From Eledone cirrhosa (Eukaryota): a DNA stretch of 64,000 nt. Each line of letters opens with the position of its first letter. Position 1 is the first letter of the stretch. The position numbers were made by a program, and so were the translations under genes. The stretch spans positions 11,656,001 to 11,720,000 of the forward strand of contig OZ024752.1 in assembly GCA_964016885.1 (NCBI GenBank). The letters are read 5' to 3'. A model generated the notes under the pieces. That model worked only from the letters and a program-made list of their open reading frames with translations. It ran no database searches and was not told the DNA's origin. Below are positions 52,404 through 64,000 of the stretch, one piece after another.

Positions 52404-52517
52404 AGATAAGCAGAACAAGTAAAATTCAATCAATTTTTCAAAATAAATTAAAATTAATTTAAAATTAAAATTAATTAAAATTAAAAAATATAATATAAAT
52501 ATTTACCTCTTCAGATG

Positions 52518-52598
52518 GCCCTTACTGTACAGTTTCACATTGCAAAACATTAGATATCACATGGATATTAATGGAAAATCAAAGATCATCAGAGAAGC
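52518..52598 (-). ncRNA. Hammerhead ribozyme, partly decayed
   Basis: gcttct CTGATGA ...attaatatc/gatatctaat... GAAA ctgtacag TA agggc, with palindromic stem III. Confidence 0.6.
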
Positions 52599-52926
52599 AT
52601 TTTCCGTTCCTAGAGTTAAAAACCCAGGAACGATAAAATATATGACCTCTTCGCCAGCTAACACAGGCCTGAAAGGTCGTAAAAGTGACCCGTATGTACG
52701 CCGGACTGAAGTGAAGGCGGGAAACCATAGACGTGTTGTCTATAGTTGCTGCTAAAAAAATAGCAGCTAAATAGAACAACAGATTTGTTCTAAAGAGTTT
52801 TTCAGTAGAAAATGTTGAAGAGATATTTTTAGTGAAATTTCAAAGCATTAATGTATTTCCAATAAATTCGTGTGTTACTTTTTTACATTTGTTATATATA
52901 TATATATGGTATGTAATTAACCTTTA

Positions 52927-52972
52927 TGCTCTGATGAGTCCCACTTATAGTGCGGATGAAACAATGTTAGCA
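52927..52972 (+). ncRNA. Minimal type I hammerhead ribozyme
   Basis: tgct CTGATGA gtcccac ttata gtgcggat GAAA caatg TT agca. Confidence 0.75.
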
Positions 52973-53011
52973 AGTAAAGATATGCATATGCTATAAGCGT
53001 TCTTTGTTATT

Positions 53012-53048
<37 letters not shown>

Positions 53049-53638
53049 CATACATATATATATAAATAGATAGATAGAGAAAAACATATATATATTTAAT
53101 ATTCATATATATTATATATACATATGTGTATATATATATATATAACAAAGGAATTGTGGTAAGGAACCAGATGGACCATAACGCACCAGAGTACTCAATA
53201 CTTAGGTAGTAGAGTGGGAATAGGAAAAAGTATGACCCCGACCCATGGCGTCCGACCCTCTATCGACACAGAAAAATGTGTTTAAAATTGCGAGGGTTGA
53301 AAAACCACCATGGTATGAAGGATATAATGTATGAAACAAACGGAAAATGCATAATGACCAGAAAAAAAATTGAATTATATGTACAAACTATTTCAATAAC
53401 TATTAATCTCCTGGACAGATTACGGATGTAGTCTGTTTCGCAGTAAATATATATATATTCGTATTTAGATACTACAAGTGTATGTATGCACGTGGATACA
53501 TATGTGTAACACCTTTTTTACGAAGCATATTTTTAGACAAAACTGTTCCATTACTGGTTTTTCACGTTTTCATTGATGTCTGTTTACAACAATAAGGCTC
53601 TTGTTTACAAATGTACATATTCATATATATAATACATG

Positions 53639-53719
<81 letters not shown>

Positions 53720-54329
53720 AAAGATTGAAGAATAACATGGTCAACAGTACAAAAAAGGGTTTTATTTACACTATTAACAATTGTTTCACTGATTAAGTTG
53801 TCTAAAAATTGCTGAACACTTGAAGCTGTGCCACTCAATTTTAAATACGGTGTTAGCTTAACCAGATCATCAGAAAGGACTGTTAAAAATATGCTCAGCG
53901 TTTACGAATTCAAATTACTTTTTGTACTCTTGACCATGTCATTCTTCACTCTTTCAATATTATTACTCCAAGATAAACTTACATAGGAATTCAAGAGAAC
54001 TCACAAACTCGCCACCTACGGAAACCTCTTGTTGAGTCAAACAACGCCGGACGCTAAAACTATCTACAATACGGAGTATTCACAACCTCTAACTGGATTA
54101 CCTATAACGATATTTTGTTATCCCTTATATATATATATATATTGTTATACTTGGGAGGGTCATATTGTTGTAATAATATTGCCAGAAATAATAACAGAAC
54201 ACACTCACTGATTGGTTGGTTTTCGCTTCTCTATCTTTTATATCTCCATAGTTAATTTATTTGGCAATCAATGCTTATCACTGATTGACCAACGGTTAAA
54301 AATAGAGATATAAATATATATATATAGTC

Positions 54330-54495
54330 TATCAAAGTTCTTTCGTTGCACTTCTGCAACATCATCAGTGGTACTATTATGTTCCCTCCTATTGTATTGT
54401 AAAAATAAAAATGGCGTAGACATTACAATACAATAGGAGGGAACATAATAGTACCACTGATGATGTTGCATATGTGCAACGAAAGAACTTTGATA
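54330..54495. ncRNA. Inverted pair of hammerheads (54330-54373 minus; 54452-54495 plus); third copy 50837-50880 minus
   Basis: tacca CTGATGA t gttgca tatg tgcaac GAAA gaac TT tgata. Confidence 0.65.
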
Positions 54496-54675
54496 GACTA
54501 TATATATATATTTATATCTCTATTTTTAACCGTTGGTCAATCAATGATAAACATTGATTGCCAAATAAATTAACTATGGAGATATAAAAGATAGAGAAGA
54601 GAAAACCAACCAAACAGTGTGTGTGTTCTGTTATTATTTCTGGCAATAATATTACAGCAATATGACCCTCCCGAA

Positions 54676-54748
<73 letters not shown>

Positions 54749-54920
54749 TAACTAGGACATCGAGTTTATTTCGATTTCATATCAAAAAGCTTGCAAAACA
54801 AATATATATATATACTAGAAATGCTATTTTCATCATTTCTAAAAATAGTAAAGCAATTGATGCTTTGGATAGGGTCAAATAGTAGTCGTTAGACATGCTC
54901 AACCAACCGTGACGCTTAAA

Positions 54921-55045
54921 CCAATCAGCTTTAGTAATCCAGTGAAACTACACACCGATTGGTCGAAATACAGTTTGCAGAATTAGCATTCTGTAGCCGC
55001 TTTTAACTGTATATAAGGCACAAAATTTACCCATCTCATTACAGT
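54921..55045 (+). promoter_or_regulatory. Possible Pol II promoter (CCAAT, inverted CCAAT, TATA, Inr-like)
   Basis: ccaatcag at 54921, gattgg at 54957, tatataa at 55010-55016 and tcatt ~26 bp downstream. No linked gene was identified. Confidence 0.3.
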
Positions 55046-55451
55046 TGAAAATTGCAAACTTGACTGTCACCACAGAATATGAAGCTGAAGATTGCGAAAG
55101 CATGAAAGTACTTGTTCAATTAACACTTAACATTTAATATTCTACCATACTATTTCATTCTAATACCATTATACATTTTAAAGGATTGTAAATAAAACGA
55201 GTAAATCAGACAAAGTTGGAATTCCTTTTATTGAAAAAAGATTATAGGACAAAATAAGTGAAGTATTATTTGTCCGTTATAATCTCCCTCTGTTGTAATT
55301 TTTCATCTACCTTAACTTTAGGTTGTATTTAAATAAATTAAATTTAATATAAATTGATGAATTAGGTTATAATGCATACATCTTTTCTTTCTAAAATAGT
55401 TACACAAACTATCAATAGTCCCTCTTTTATATATATTGGTTTTCTTATATA

Positions 55452-55636
55452 GGAACAAGGCCAGCAATTTGGGGGGAGGGGAAAGCGCGTCACTGGTACT
55501 TTATTTTATTGACCCCCGTAAGAATGAAAGGAAAAGTTAATCTCGATGGGATTTGAGCTCAGAACATAAAGGACCATAACTCTATGCTGCAAAGCATGGT
55601 GTCTGACGCTCTACCGATACTGCCAATCCACCGCCC
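55452..55636 (-). mobile_element. SINE family 1
   Basis: Reverse-complement copy ending gccaatccaccgccc. Confidence 0.8.
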
Positions 55637-56199
55637 TAAATTTGAAAAAAATAATAAACAACCTTCGGCCTCCAGGACGCATGTTAGATTTTTTAGACTT
55701 ATTTTAGGAAAAAAGTGCCGTCTTCGACGCCGAGAAATGCAGTAAATCCGGTTTTATATCCCATCCTTAAAAAAAAAAAAAAAGAAATGAACTATTTTTC
55801 GAAAACGAAGATAGTAGAACAGGACATTGACCTGACATGATATAAACACACTACTTAATATAAAACCGCAGCTACAACAGCTCAACTTAAACCTGTCAAA
55901 TATCTATTAGCGAATTAGGTCGTCTCAAAGCGAGCACCTGGACAGTTACAGACCGTAATCAAATTTTCCTCAAAACAAAACCTGCAGATTTTAAATAGGA
56001 GCACATTGAATATTGTAGTCCTAGATATATTATGTCTATAAAAGTAGACGGATGATCATGGCTGGAACACGCTATAGTGTGTCTAAAGCCATCAGTTTCA
56101 TCAGGCCGATGCTTATATCTGGCTTCATATTTCATCGGTGTTAAGCGACTGAGAGTACAATACCTCCCCTGGATGCCAGTCCATAGCAGGGTTAATCAC

Positions 56200-56365
56200 C
56201 CAGTTATTGCTGGTACTCATTTTCAGCTGTATATGTATATTGGAGCAATGCATATGCATATTTATTAGTGAAATAAATATTTTGCGCAATATCACAACGC
56301 TTCACCTGGTCCAAGACTCGAACCCATATCACTATGATGGCAAACCCAACACTTAAACCATCAGG
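56200..56365 (-). mobile_element. SINE family 2
   Basis: Homologous to 12883-13019 (ttgctggtactcattttcagctg, ggagcaa, gggttcgagtc B-box on minus). Confidence 0.6.
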
Positions 56366-57382
56366 TGTCGTACCGTCACACATTGGAATATAGGTCTAAC
56401 CAATTGGGGTTTACCTGAAGATAAAAAACAAAAGCAGTCGCAATATTGTTTACACCCTAAAACTTCCCTGGGGGACTCTTCCATCAGATAAATGTTTGGG
56501 AAACCAAAGAATTATATATAAAAAAAAAAAAACAGATTTTCACCTAAGCGTGTACATTGATTTCATGAAATTAATATTTAATTTCTCAAATTATCTCCCC
56601 CTTTCTTTGAGATTATCCTACCATTATTGATAGGCTTTGGATTTTTTCCAACTTAAAGAGGAAATTTGATTAATTATGAATTAATTTCACGCGTAATTCA
56701 GTACATCACGCTTTAATTTAAATATATTAGTACATTTCACACATTTCGCGAAAACCTTTTTTTTTTCGGAAATCTTATTCTATATCATTTCCGAAGCTAC
56801 ACATATTATACCTCATTTTCAAGTCTATAAACATCATGAAAACTATGATCAGCATTGAATTCAAAGTACAAAGATAATTTTTGTTAAAGTAATAAATACA
56901 ATTAAACCTTGTTTAGTGTATCGATTTCAATAAATGACGCAGATTTTCTGTAAGGAGAGGATGCGTTTGTAAGCAAAGTTCTATGAGCTACCATGTGAAT
57001 AAGATGTGAATGAAAATAGCAGTGAAAAATTTATATAATTAGTTTCTTAAAAATAGAACAAAGGAAACTGGGAATGAAGTTTGTGAGCCACGGGATGTTA
57101 ACATTAATGGAAACTATACTGGTTCTTCTACTGGTATTTAGCAAATTAACGAGTAGTCGACGTAAAACATACACAAAGAATATAGGCAAAAATACATAAA
57201 GAGAATATAAGGAAATATTGAAATGGAGTTCGAATGAGTTTCATGGCTCTTTGTTTGAAAGATCTGTTAATTTTTTAGACGATGAGGTTGAATGGCAGAA
57301 ACACGCTAATCCATATGTCTGCCTGTATTTATTTATGCCCCTCTTATTTCAGATCTAATTAAGGCCCACATTGACTTGCAAT

Positions 57383-57680
57383 TCTTCTTCTTCTTCTTCT
57401 TCTTCTTCTTCTTCTTCTTCTTCTGGAGAGGGCCGTGGGGTCAGAGTGCTCAAGCACTCCTTCCAGCAGGTCCTGTCAGATGCATCCGTCTCCAACTGAT
57501 CTGGCTGGATCCTCAAGCTCGGGGCCTACCCCTGGGTCTCCTGTCGGTTAGTTTTGCCTGGGGATCCAACCGGATCAGTTGGAGACGATTGCTTCTGCCA
57601 GGACACGCTGGAAGGAGTGTTTGAAGACTCTGCCTCCACGACCCTCTCAGGAATAAGAGGACGAAGAAGAAAAAGACGAA
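57383..57680. mobile_element. Two head-to-head 3' fragments of the same RTE-like LINE family
   Basis: A (TTC)n tail at 57383-57423 belongs to a minus copy, and a plus copy at 57560-57670 ends in gaagaaga. Both share ggatccagccggatcagttggagacg with 18910. Confidence 0.55.
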
Positions 57681-58699
57681 GACTGATGGTTGTTGAAGAA
57701 AAAGGCGTAATTAATTTATTTCGTAACCACTATGGTGAGAGACAGAAGGGTCTCGAAGTTTTCCTTTTCGTGCAAACTGTGCCAAAATCTATGCTCTAAA
57801 ATTTAAAGTTGCATAGTTTTGGTGATAAATGTATTGAATAAATTCTGGAAAACAGCTGATGTTTTCAAGGCAAGGTTTTACAATATAATGACTCCGATAC
57901 ATCACGACCTGCAAGGCTAAAATAATGTTTATAAAGCAGTTGAGGAGAAGGAGAAACATGAGCAACAATGACTGAGAGATATAAAGAGAGAATACAAAAA
58001 GCGAGCGAGAAGGATTTTGCAATCTAACGGCGAGAAAAACATGGTTTATGGAAGTTTTATGGCTTTTGTTAAACAGTTGACTTTCTACTTAAAAATTTTA
58101 ATTCTTTTAGGCATTAGGTGCCTTTCTCTTGGTTATTCATTCGCTGCAACTGCTGTTGCTATTGCTCTTGCTGTTGTTGTTGTCGTCGTCGTCGAATTTT
58201 CATTAATCATTTTTATTGAAAAAGGCCTAAAAGCTTAGTGCCCCTCTGACTGATGTCATTTGGGCTTAATGATCTCACATCTTTGATACAACCGCATTAA
58301 CATTATTTTACACTGGTCCAGTCTAATAAGTTAACTTGTAATAGCTGACAGAGTGGTTTCATAAAATTTCTAAAGCAGAGTTTTAAAAATACATTTGAGA
58401 GACCGTCAAGTAAATTTTAATCGACATATATAGCAACAAAGTTGCACAAAATTGCTAAACTTTCTTTAAATTTTTCCCAGTTTAGTGAGTTAGACCATTA
58501 TGAAATTTTTTTGGTTTCTACAGATTTACTAAAAGCAAAACCTCTATTGCGTCATCTAACATGTTAGAAAAAGTAAGGAATTCTAAAACATCCCAAATTT
58601 ATACACACACACCTCTATACACATACATACATACACATATATATATAATTGGCAGTATGAAGCACCCAAGGTATAACATTATATGAATATATATAGGAG

Positions 58700-58910
58700 G
58701 GCGGTGGATTGGCAGTATCGGTAGAGCGTCGGATACAATGCTTTGCAGCTTAGAGTTACGGCCTTTTACGGTCTGAGTTCAAATCCCGCCGAGGTTAACT
58801 TTGCCTTTCATCCATACGGGTTCGATAAAATAAAGTACCAGTAACGTACTGGGGGTCGATTTACCCCCCCCCCCCCCCAGATTACTGGCCTTGTGCCTAT
58901 ACTAGAAATC

Positions 58911-58914
<4 letters not shown>
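58700..58914 (+). mobile_element. SINE family 1, full length
   Basis: GGCGGTGGATTGGCAGTATCGGTAGAG (A-box) and GAGTTCAAATCC (B-box), with the tail running into (TA)n. Confidence 0.88.
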
Positions 58915-58963
<49 letters not shown>

Positions 58964-59158
58964 AAAGAGTCAGGACCCCGACGGCTGAGCTCCGGCCGTT
59001 TCGACAGCTAGATCCGAACTTGGATCTAGCTGTCAAAAGGGCCGTGGCTCAGCCGTCGGGGTCCTGACTCTTTTCCTATTACCCACTCTACTACTCTAAG
59101 TATCGAGTATTCTAGTACATTATGGTCCACCTAGTATCTTATCACACCTTCTTTGTTG

Positions 59159-59274
<116 letters not shown>

Positions 59275-59520
59275 TGTTATACATTGGGAAATCATGCTGC
59301 CAATATTAATACACACATCTGTTGGTTTTCACTTCAATGTATTAGAAGTTTCCGGTTGGTTGGTTTAATAACTAGATGGTTGTTTATTTATCGTCAAAGC
59401 TCTTTCGTTACGCATTCTGTGACATTCTCGTTGACTAATTTGTTATATTGTGTCTCTCCTTTGTTCTGTCCTACACAAGAAAAGAAGCTTAGTTGTTTTG
59501 TGTCAGCTTGACAGAATCTT

Positions 59521-59645
59521 TCATCTCATCTCCTGTCTTGTAAAATCACAAACATCAACAGATAGTGGATTAAATACCTTGTCAATATTTACTTCAACTA
59601 TCAAGGGATGTTGTCCAAGAAACTTAACAAAATGTTCCTTCCACA
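59521..59645 (-). pseudogene. RTE-like LINE fragment (region upstream of RT)
   Basis: WKEHFVKFLGQHP...DVCDFTRQE resembles the W.EHF..LL...FT.EE segment of RTE ORFs. Confidence 0.5.
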
Positions 59646-59650
59646 ACTCC

Positions 59651-59850
59651 AAGTACCGGTCGCTCTCCGACAGGGTTGCGGTCGTGCCCTTAGCAGTGGA
59701 GACTTCTGGTGTCCTTTGCTCTAGGGCTACCTCCCTACTCACCACCATACATGCTGAGCTCGCCAGCCGCAGATGTGAGCCTCGCGAGGCGGAATAGCTC
59801 TTCCAGCGCATCTCCCTTACCATCCTCCGGGCAAACGCCTTCTCCATTCT
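59651..59850 (+). pseudogene. CRE-like (restriction-like endonuclease) non-LTR element C-terminal fragment
   Basis: KYRSLSDRVAVVPLAVETSGVL...E*LFQRISLTILRANAFSIL matches the CRE-type P.AVET.G / FQR.S....RGNA pattern, with one in-frame stop. Confidence 0.7.
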
Positions 59851-60688
59851 ATCCTCCGGGGCTGTGGGGAGGCCAGCAAGTGGGACCCCATTTGCTCACC
59901 ATAGAGAGAGAGGGGAGGGCGAGAGAGATGGGGTCGATGATGGTGGGAGTTTGGCTCTTCCGTGTTCGGACACATTGCCTCTGTCAAGAGTGTAAATTAG
60001 CCGCAAGCGCTAATTTACATTCGTACCCACATTAAAAAAAAAACGGGTGGTAACTCGGGTTGTTTTGATTTGTTTCTTCAGAATTTGTACACTTTGTTTT
60101 CCTCGATCGTAAAAATGATAGAAAGATAAATTACGACTGAAAAGTTGGGGTTAAAAAAATCAGAAAGATTTCGCTTTCAGAGCCATTTAGAAAGCTTCGC
60201 GGGTCGCAGGTTGCCATGGCTGGTTTAAATTATAAGCTGTGTGCTTCTTCCAATCAAATGAAGCAGGTGTTTAGAACAGGCACGTTTTAATTCTTTCTTA
60301 TTCCTTACTACTTCATGTATTTTCCATCGGACCTTCTTCTTTGCTTTGTGCTGTTTCAAAGATGCAGTGCTGCAGCCTTAATATGCTATTTTCAAAAGTA
60401 CACAGTGACTGTGACATATATTTTCACTAGCTCTGACAGGTTGGCAGGTGAACATTGAGCTGTACTAATGAAGGGTGATACCCAGAAACATTAGTGTCAG
60501 CAGTTCTGTTCGCATGCCAACACAAGAGCAAGAATGAAGGGTTCATTCTACTGACATGGCTATAAAATTGAGGCTTGTTTGCAAAATTGCAAACGAATCG
60601 AATGAAACAATTATTAATATTCGAAATATTCATTTATTGAATTCGGCCATGTAGAGTGAAATTTTCATTCTTTATATATATATATACG

Positions 60689-60792
<104 letters not shown>

Positions 60793-61128
60793 TATATATA
60801 TATATACATATTATATATATATATATAGATATACATATATATATACATATATATATATATGTATATATATGTATATATACATATAGATATACATATATAT
60901 ATATACATATATAGAGGGAAAAGTATGACCCCGACGGCAGAGCTCAAGCCGTTTCGACGGCTATTTCTGTCCAGAAATAGCCGTCGAAACAGCTTGAGCT
61001 CTGCTGTCGGGGTCATACTTTTTCCTATTTCCCACTCTACTACTCTAAGTATTGAGTACTGTGGTGCGTTATGGTCCTTCTGGTTCCTTACCACATTTCC
61101 TTTGTTATACATATATATATATACATAT

Positions 61129-61169
<41 letters not shown>

Positions 61170-61227
61170 TAATAAAAACAATGAATAAAAACAAAGAAAC
61201 AGTTCCTTATATTAAAAAATTCATCAT

Positions 61228-61271
<44 letters not shown>

Positions 61272-61561
61272 GATGAATCATTTATATATATATATATGGA
61301 ATGCCGTTATAACGGCATTCCTGTCTTAACGACATCACAACTTTCTCCGCTTGACCTGTTCCCCCCCCTTTGGAACTTTCCCCCGTTGATGGGCGTGAGC
61401 CCGAAATATTGGGATTAAATCTCCACTACGGTAACCCTTCTACCTTTGTTTTGTTTTCATCTTTGTCACTCTCAATTTTCACTTTCACCTGTTTCTCCTA
61501 TCTATCATTCACTTCCTACCTCGAGATTTCCCTCTGCATTGTTGTTGCTTTCTTAACTACG

Positions 61562-61610
<49 letters not shown>

Positions 61611-61611
<1 letters not shown>

Positions 61612-61727
61612 AATTGAAACAAAATGAAAACGAAATTTCATTTCTCACTCTTAGTATGGCACTTACTTAAATGTAAGTATGCATGTATACGTACATACAT
61701 ATATGTATACAGACATACAGTAGCATG

Positions 61728-61765
<38 letters not shown>

Positions 61766-62768
61766 TACATACATATGCATACAGGTACACATACATATAT
61801 GCACGTATCAGTTTAGCGGCGCTTATTATAACGTCGCTTTGTTCGTTTATAAACAAACTGAACAGCCTGAATTTATGCCATACGGTGTTAAGGCAACCAC
61901 GTCACCTTTTTGTTCAACACTGACACAGGAACGATGTACTAGTTTCAAGCTTGTTAGCTATCATCAGCACCGTTTACCCATCTGCCAGATAGTTGAACGT
62001 TCGAAAGTATATACTTTCCTTATGAAAATTAACGGCTGAGCAGCCTAATTTGCATATTGAGTGAGTTAAATCGGTCAGGCATACCGAAAACGATAAATTG
62101 AAACAAAATGAAAACGAAATTTCATTTCTCACTCTTAGTATGGCACTTACTTAAATGTAAGTATGCATGTATACGTACATACATATATGTATACAGACAT
62201 ACAGTAGCATGCACATATATATATATATATATATATACATATATACATACATATGCATACAGGTACACATACATATATGCACGTATCAGTTTAGCGGCGC
62301 TTATTATAACGTCGCTTTGTTCGTTTGTAAACAAACTGAACAGCCTGAATTTATGCCATACGGTGTTAAGGCAACCACGTCACCTTTTTGTTCAACACTG
62401 ACACAGGAACGATGTACTAGTTTCAAGCTTGTTAGCTATCATCAGCACCGTTTACCCATCTGCCAGATAGTTGAACGTTCGAAAGTATATACTTTCCTTA
62501 TGAAAATTAACGGCTGAGCAGCCTAATTTGCATATTGAGTGAGTTAAATCGGTCAGGCATACCGAAAACGATAAATTGAAACAAAATGAAAACGAAATTT
62601 CATTTCTCACTCTTAGTATGGCACTTACTTAAATGTAAGTATGCATGTATACGTACATACATATATGTATACAGACATACAGTAGCATGCACATATATAT
62701 ATATATATATATATACATATATACATACATATGCATACAGGTACACATACATATATGCACGTATCAGT
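61611..62768. repeat. Tandem repeat, ~2.4 units of 478-484 bp
   Basis: aaattgaaacaaaatgaaaacgaaatttc recurs at ~61611, 62095 and 62573. Units differ mainly in (TA)n length. Confidence 0.95.
61931..61973 (-). ncRNA. Type I hammerhead ribozyme in 478-bp tandem unit (second copy 62409-62451)
   Basis: acggtg CTGATGA t agct aaca agct t GAAA ctag TA catcgt. Stem III is the palindrome ACTAGT and the triplet is GUA. Confidence 0.85.
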
Positions 62769-62883
62769 ATATATATATAAATATATATAAATGATGAATT
62801 TTTTAATATAAGGAACTGTTTCTTTGTTTTTATTCATTGTTTTTATTAATTTATATATATATATATGTATATTATATATGTAT

Positions 62884-62989
62884 ATTATATTTGATAATTT
62901 GTATAATTTTGTATAATTTTGTACATAGATCTGTTGATATGCATACCAATTCTAACACATATATGTCCTAGAAACGATCGTTAAATAAT
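62884..62989 (+). ncRNA. Possible hammerhead, U3-A8 core, long stem II
   Basis: attatat TTGATAA ...gtacatagatctgttg/taacacatatatgtcc... GAAA cgatcg TT aaataat. Confidence 0.4.
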
Positions 62990-63046
62990 GAACTTTTTTT
63001 GTTTAATATAAGGAACTGTTTCATTGTTTTATTCATTATTTTTTTA

Positions 63047-63092
<46 letters not shown>

Positions 63093-63344
63093 GCAGCGTG
63101 TTTGTGCATACACGAAAACGCAGTTGGTGTGCGTCATGGTGTCACACCGTTTTATTGTGTGAACATTCATCAGTTGAAATGAGAGAAAGGGCGTTATAAT
63201 TTCAAAAGACATAAGTACATGTTCGATAACAATAATTCCATAGACATGGACTATAGAGGAAATAAAATGGTAAGATTTTAGTCTAAGTTCACCTCAGTTT
63301 ATCCAAGGTCACCAAACTATGCTATCTTTTTTCCTCTCACTCGA

Positions 63345-63404
63345 TAGCTCATTCCAATCTCTCCCTCTCTCTCTCTCTCTCTCTCTTGGTAACTCATTCA
63401 AATT

Positions 63405-63443
<39 letters not shown>

Positions 63444-63463
63444 GTAACTCATTCAAATTTATT

Positions 63464-63497
<34 letters not shown>

Positions 63498-63547
63498 TTC
63501 ACATACAGGCACTCTCACTCTCTCTTCTCTCGCACACACACTCTCTC

Positions 63548-63589
<42 letters not shown>

Positions 63590-63630
63590 TCTCTTTCTCT
63601 CTCTCTTTCTCTTGGTAACTCATTCAAATT

Positions 63631-63714
<84 letters not shown>

Positions 63715-63753
63715 TCTTTCTCTCTCTCTTTCTCTTGGTAACTCATTCAAATT

Positions 63754-63839
<86 letters not shown>

Positions 63840-63878
63840 TCTTTCTCTCTCTCTTTCTCTTGGTAACTCATTCAAATT

Positions 63879-63950
<72 letters not shown>

Positions 63951-64000
63951 TCTTTCTCTCTCTCTTTCTCTTGGTAACTCATTCAAATTTATTTCTCTCT
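63345..64000. repeat. Minisatellite ttggtaactcattcaaatttattt(ct)n
   Basis: A 24-bp core recurs 6 times, separated by variable (CT)n. It runs off the window end. Confidence 0.9.

Noticed and set aside
57940-58050. R4/Dong-like RT fragment (IKREYKKRARRILQS)
   Set aside because: Too short and decayed to support without a database search.
58700-58790. tRNA gene
   Set aside because: A/B boxes are present, but the sequence continues into a multicopy SINE body and forms no proper cloverleaf.

Overview
AT-rich eukaryotic (animal) non-coding DNA saturated with (TA)n, (CA)n and (CT)n microsatellites. The SINE and repeat landscape resembles a coleoid cephalopod such as octopus (inference only). No host protein-coding gene can be supported, and nearly all ORFs in the track are microsatellite artefacts. 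Real coding remnants are: a 5'-truncated but uninterrupted RTE-clade LINE with a PHD-like finger inside its RT (5341-8050); a Penelope-like element (PLE; RT + GIY-YIG, one frameshift, 41486-42860, minus); and smaller PLE, CRE, RTE and Tc1/mariner fragments. There are also tRNA-derived SINEs, non-autonomous Helitrons, LTR-end fragments, several minisatellites and a 9-kb higher-order tandem array. The main hidden signal is about 30 type I hammerhead-ribozyme (HHR) motifs found by eye (about one per 2 kb). They belong to many short non-coding element families whose 3' ends abut (TA)n tracts. Many are arranged as head-to-head fold-back palindromes, several have variant cores (U3-A8, U4A, U4C) or very long stem II, and one family forms a 478-bp tandem repeat with one HHR per unit, a retrozyme/circRNA-like arrangement. 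All coordinates were read by eye and are approximate to a few bases.
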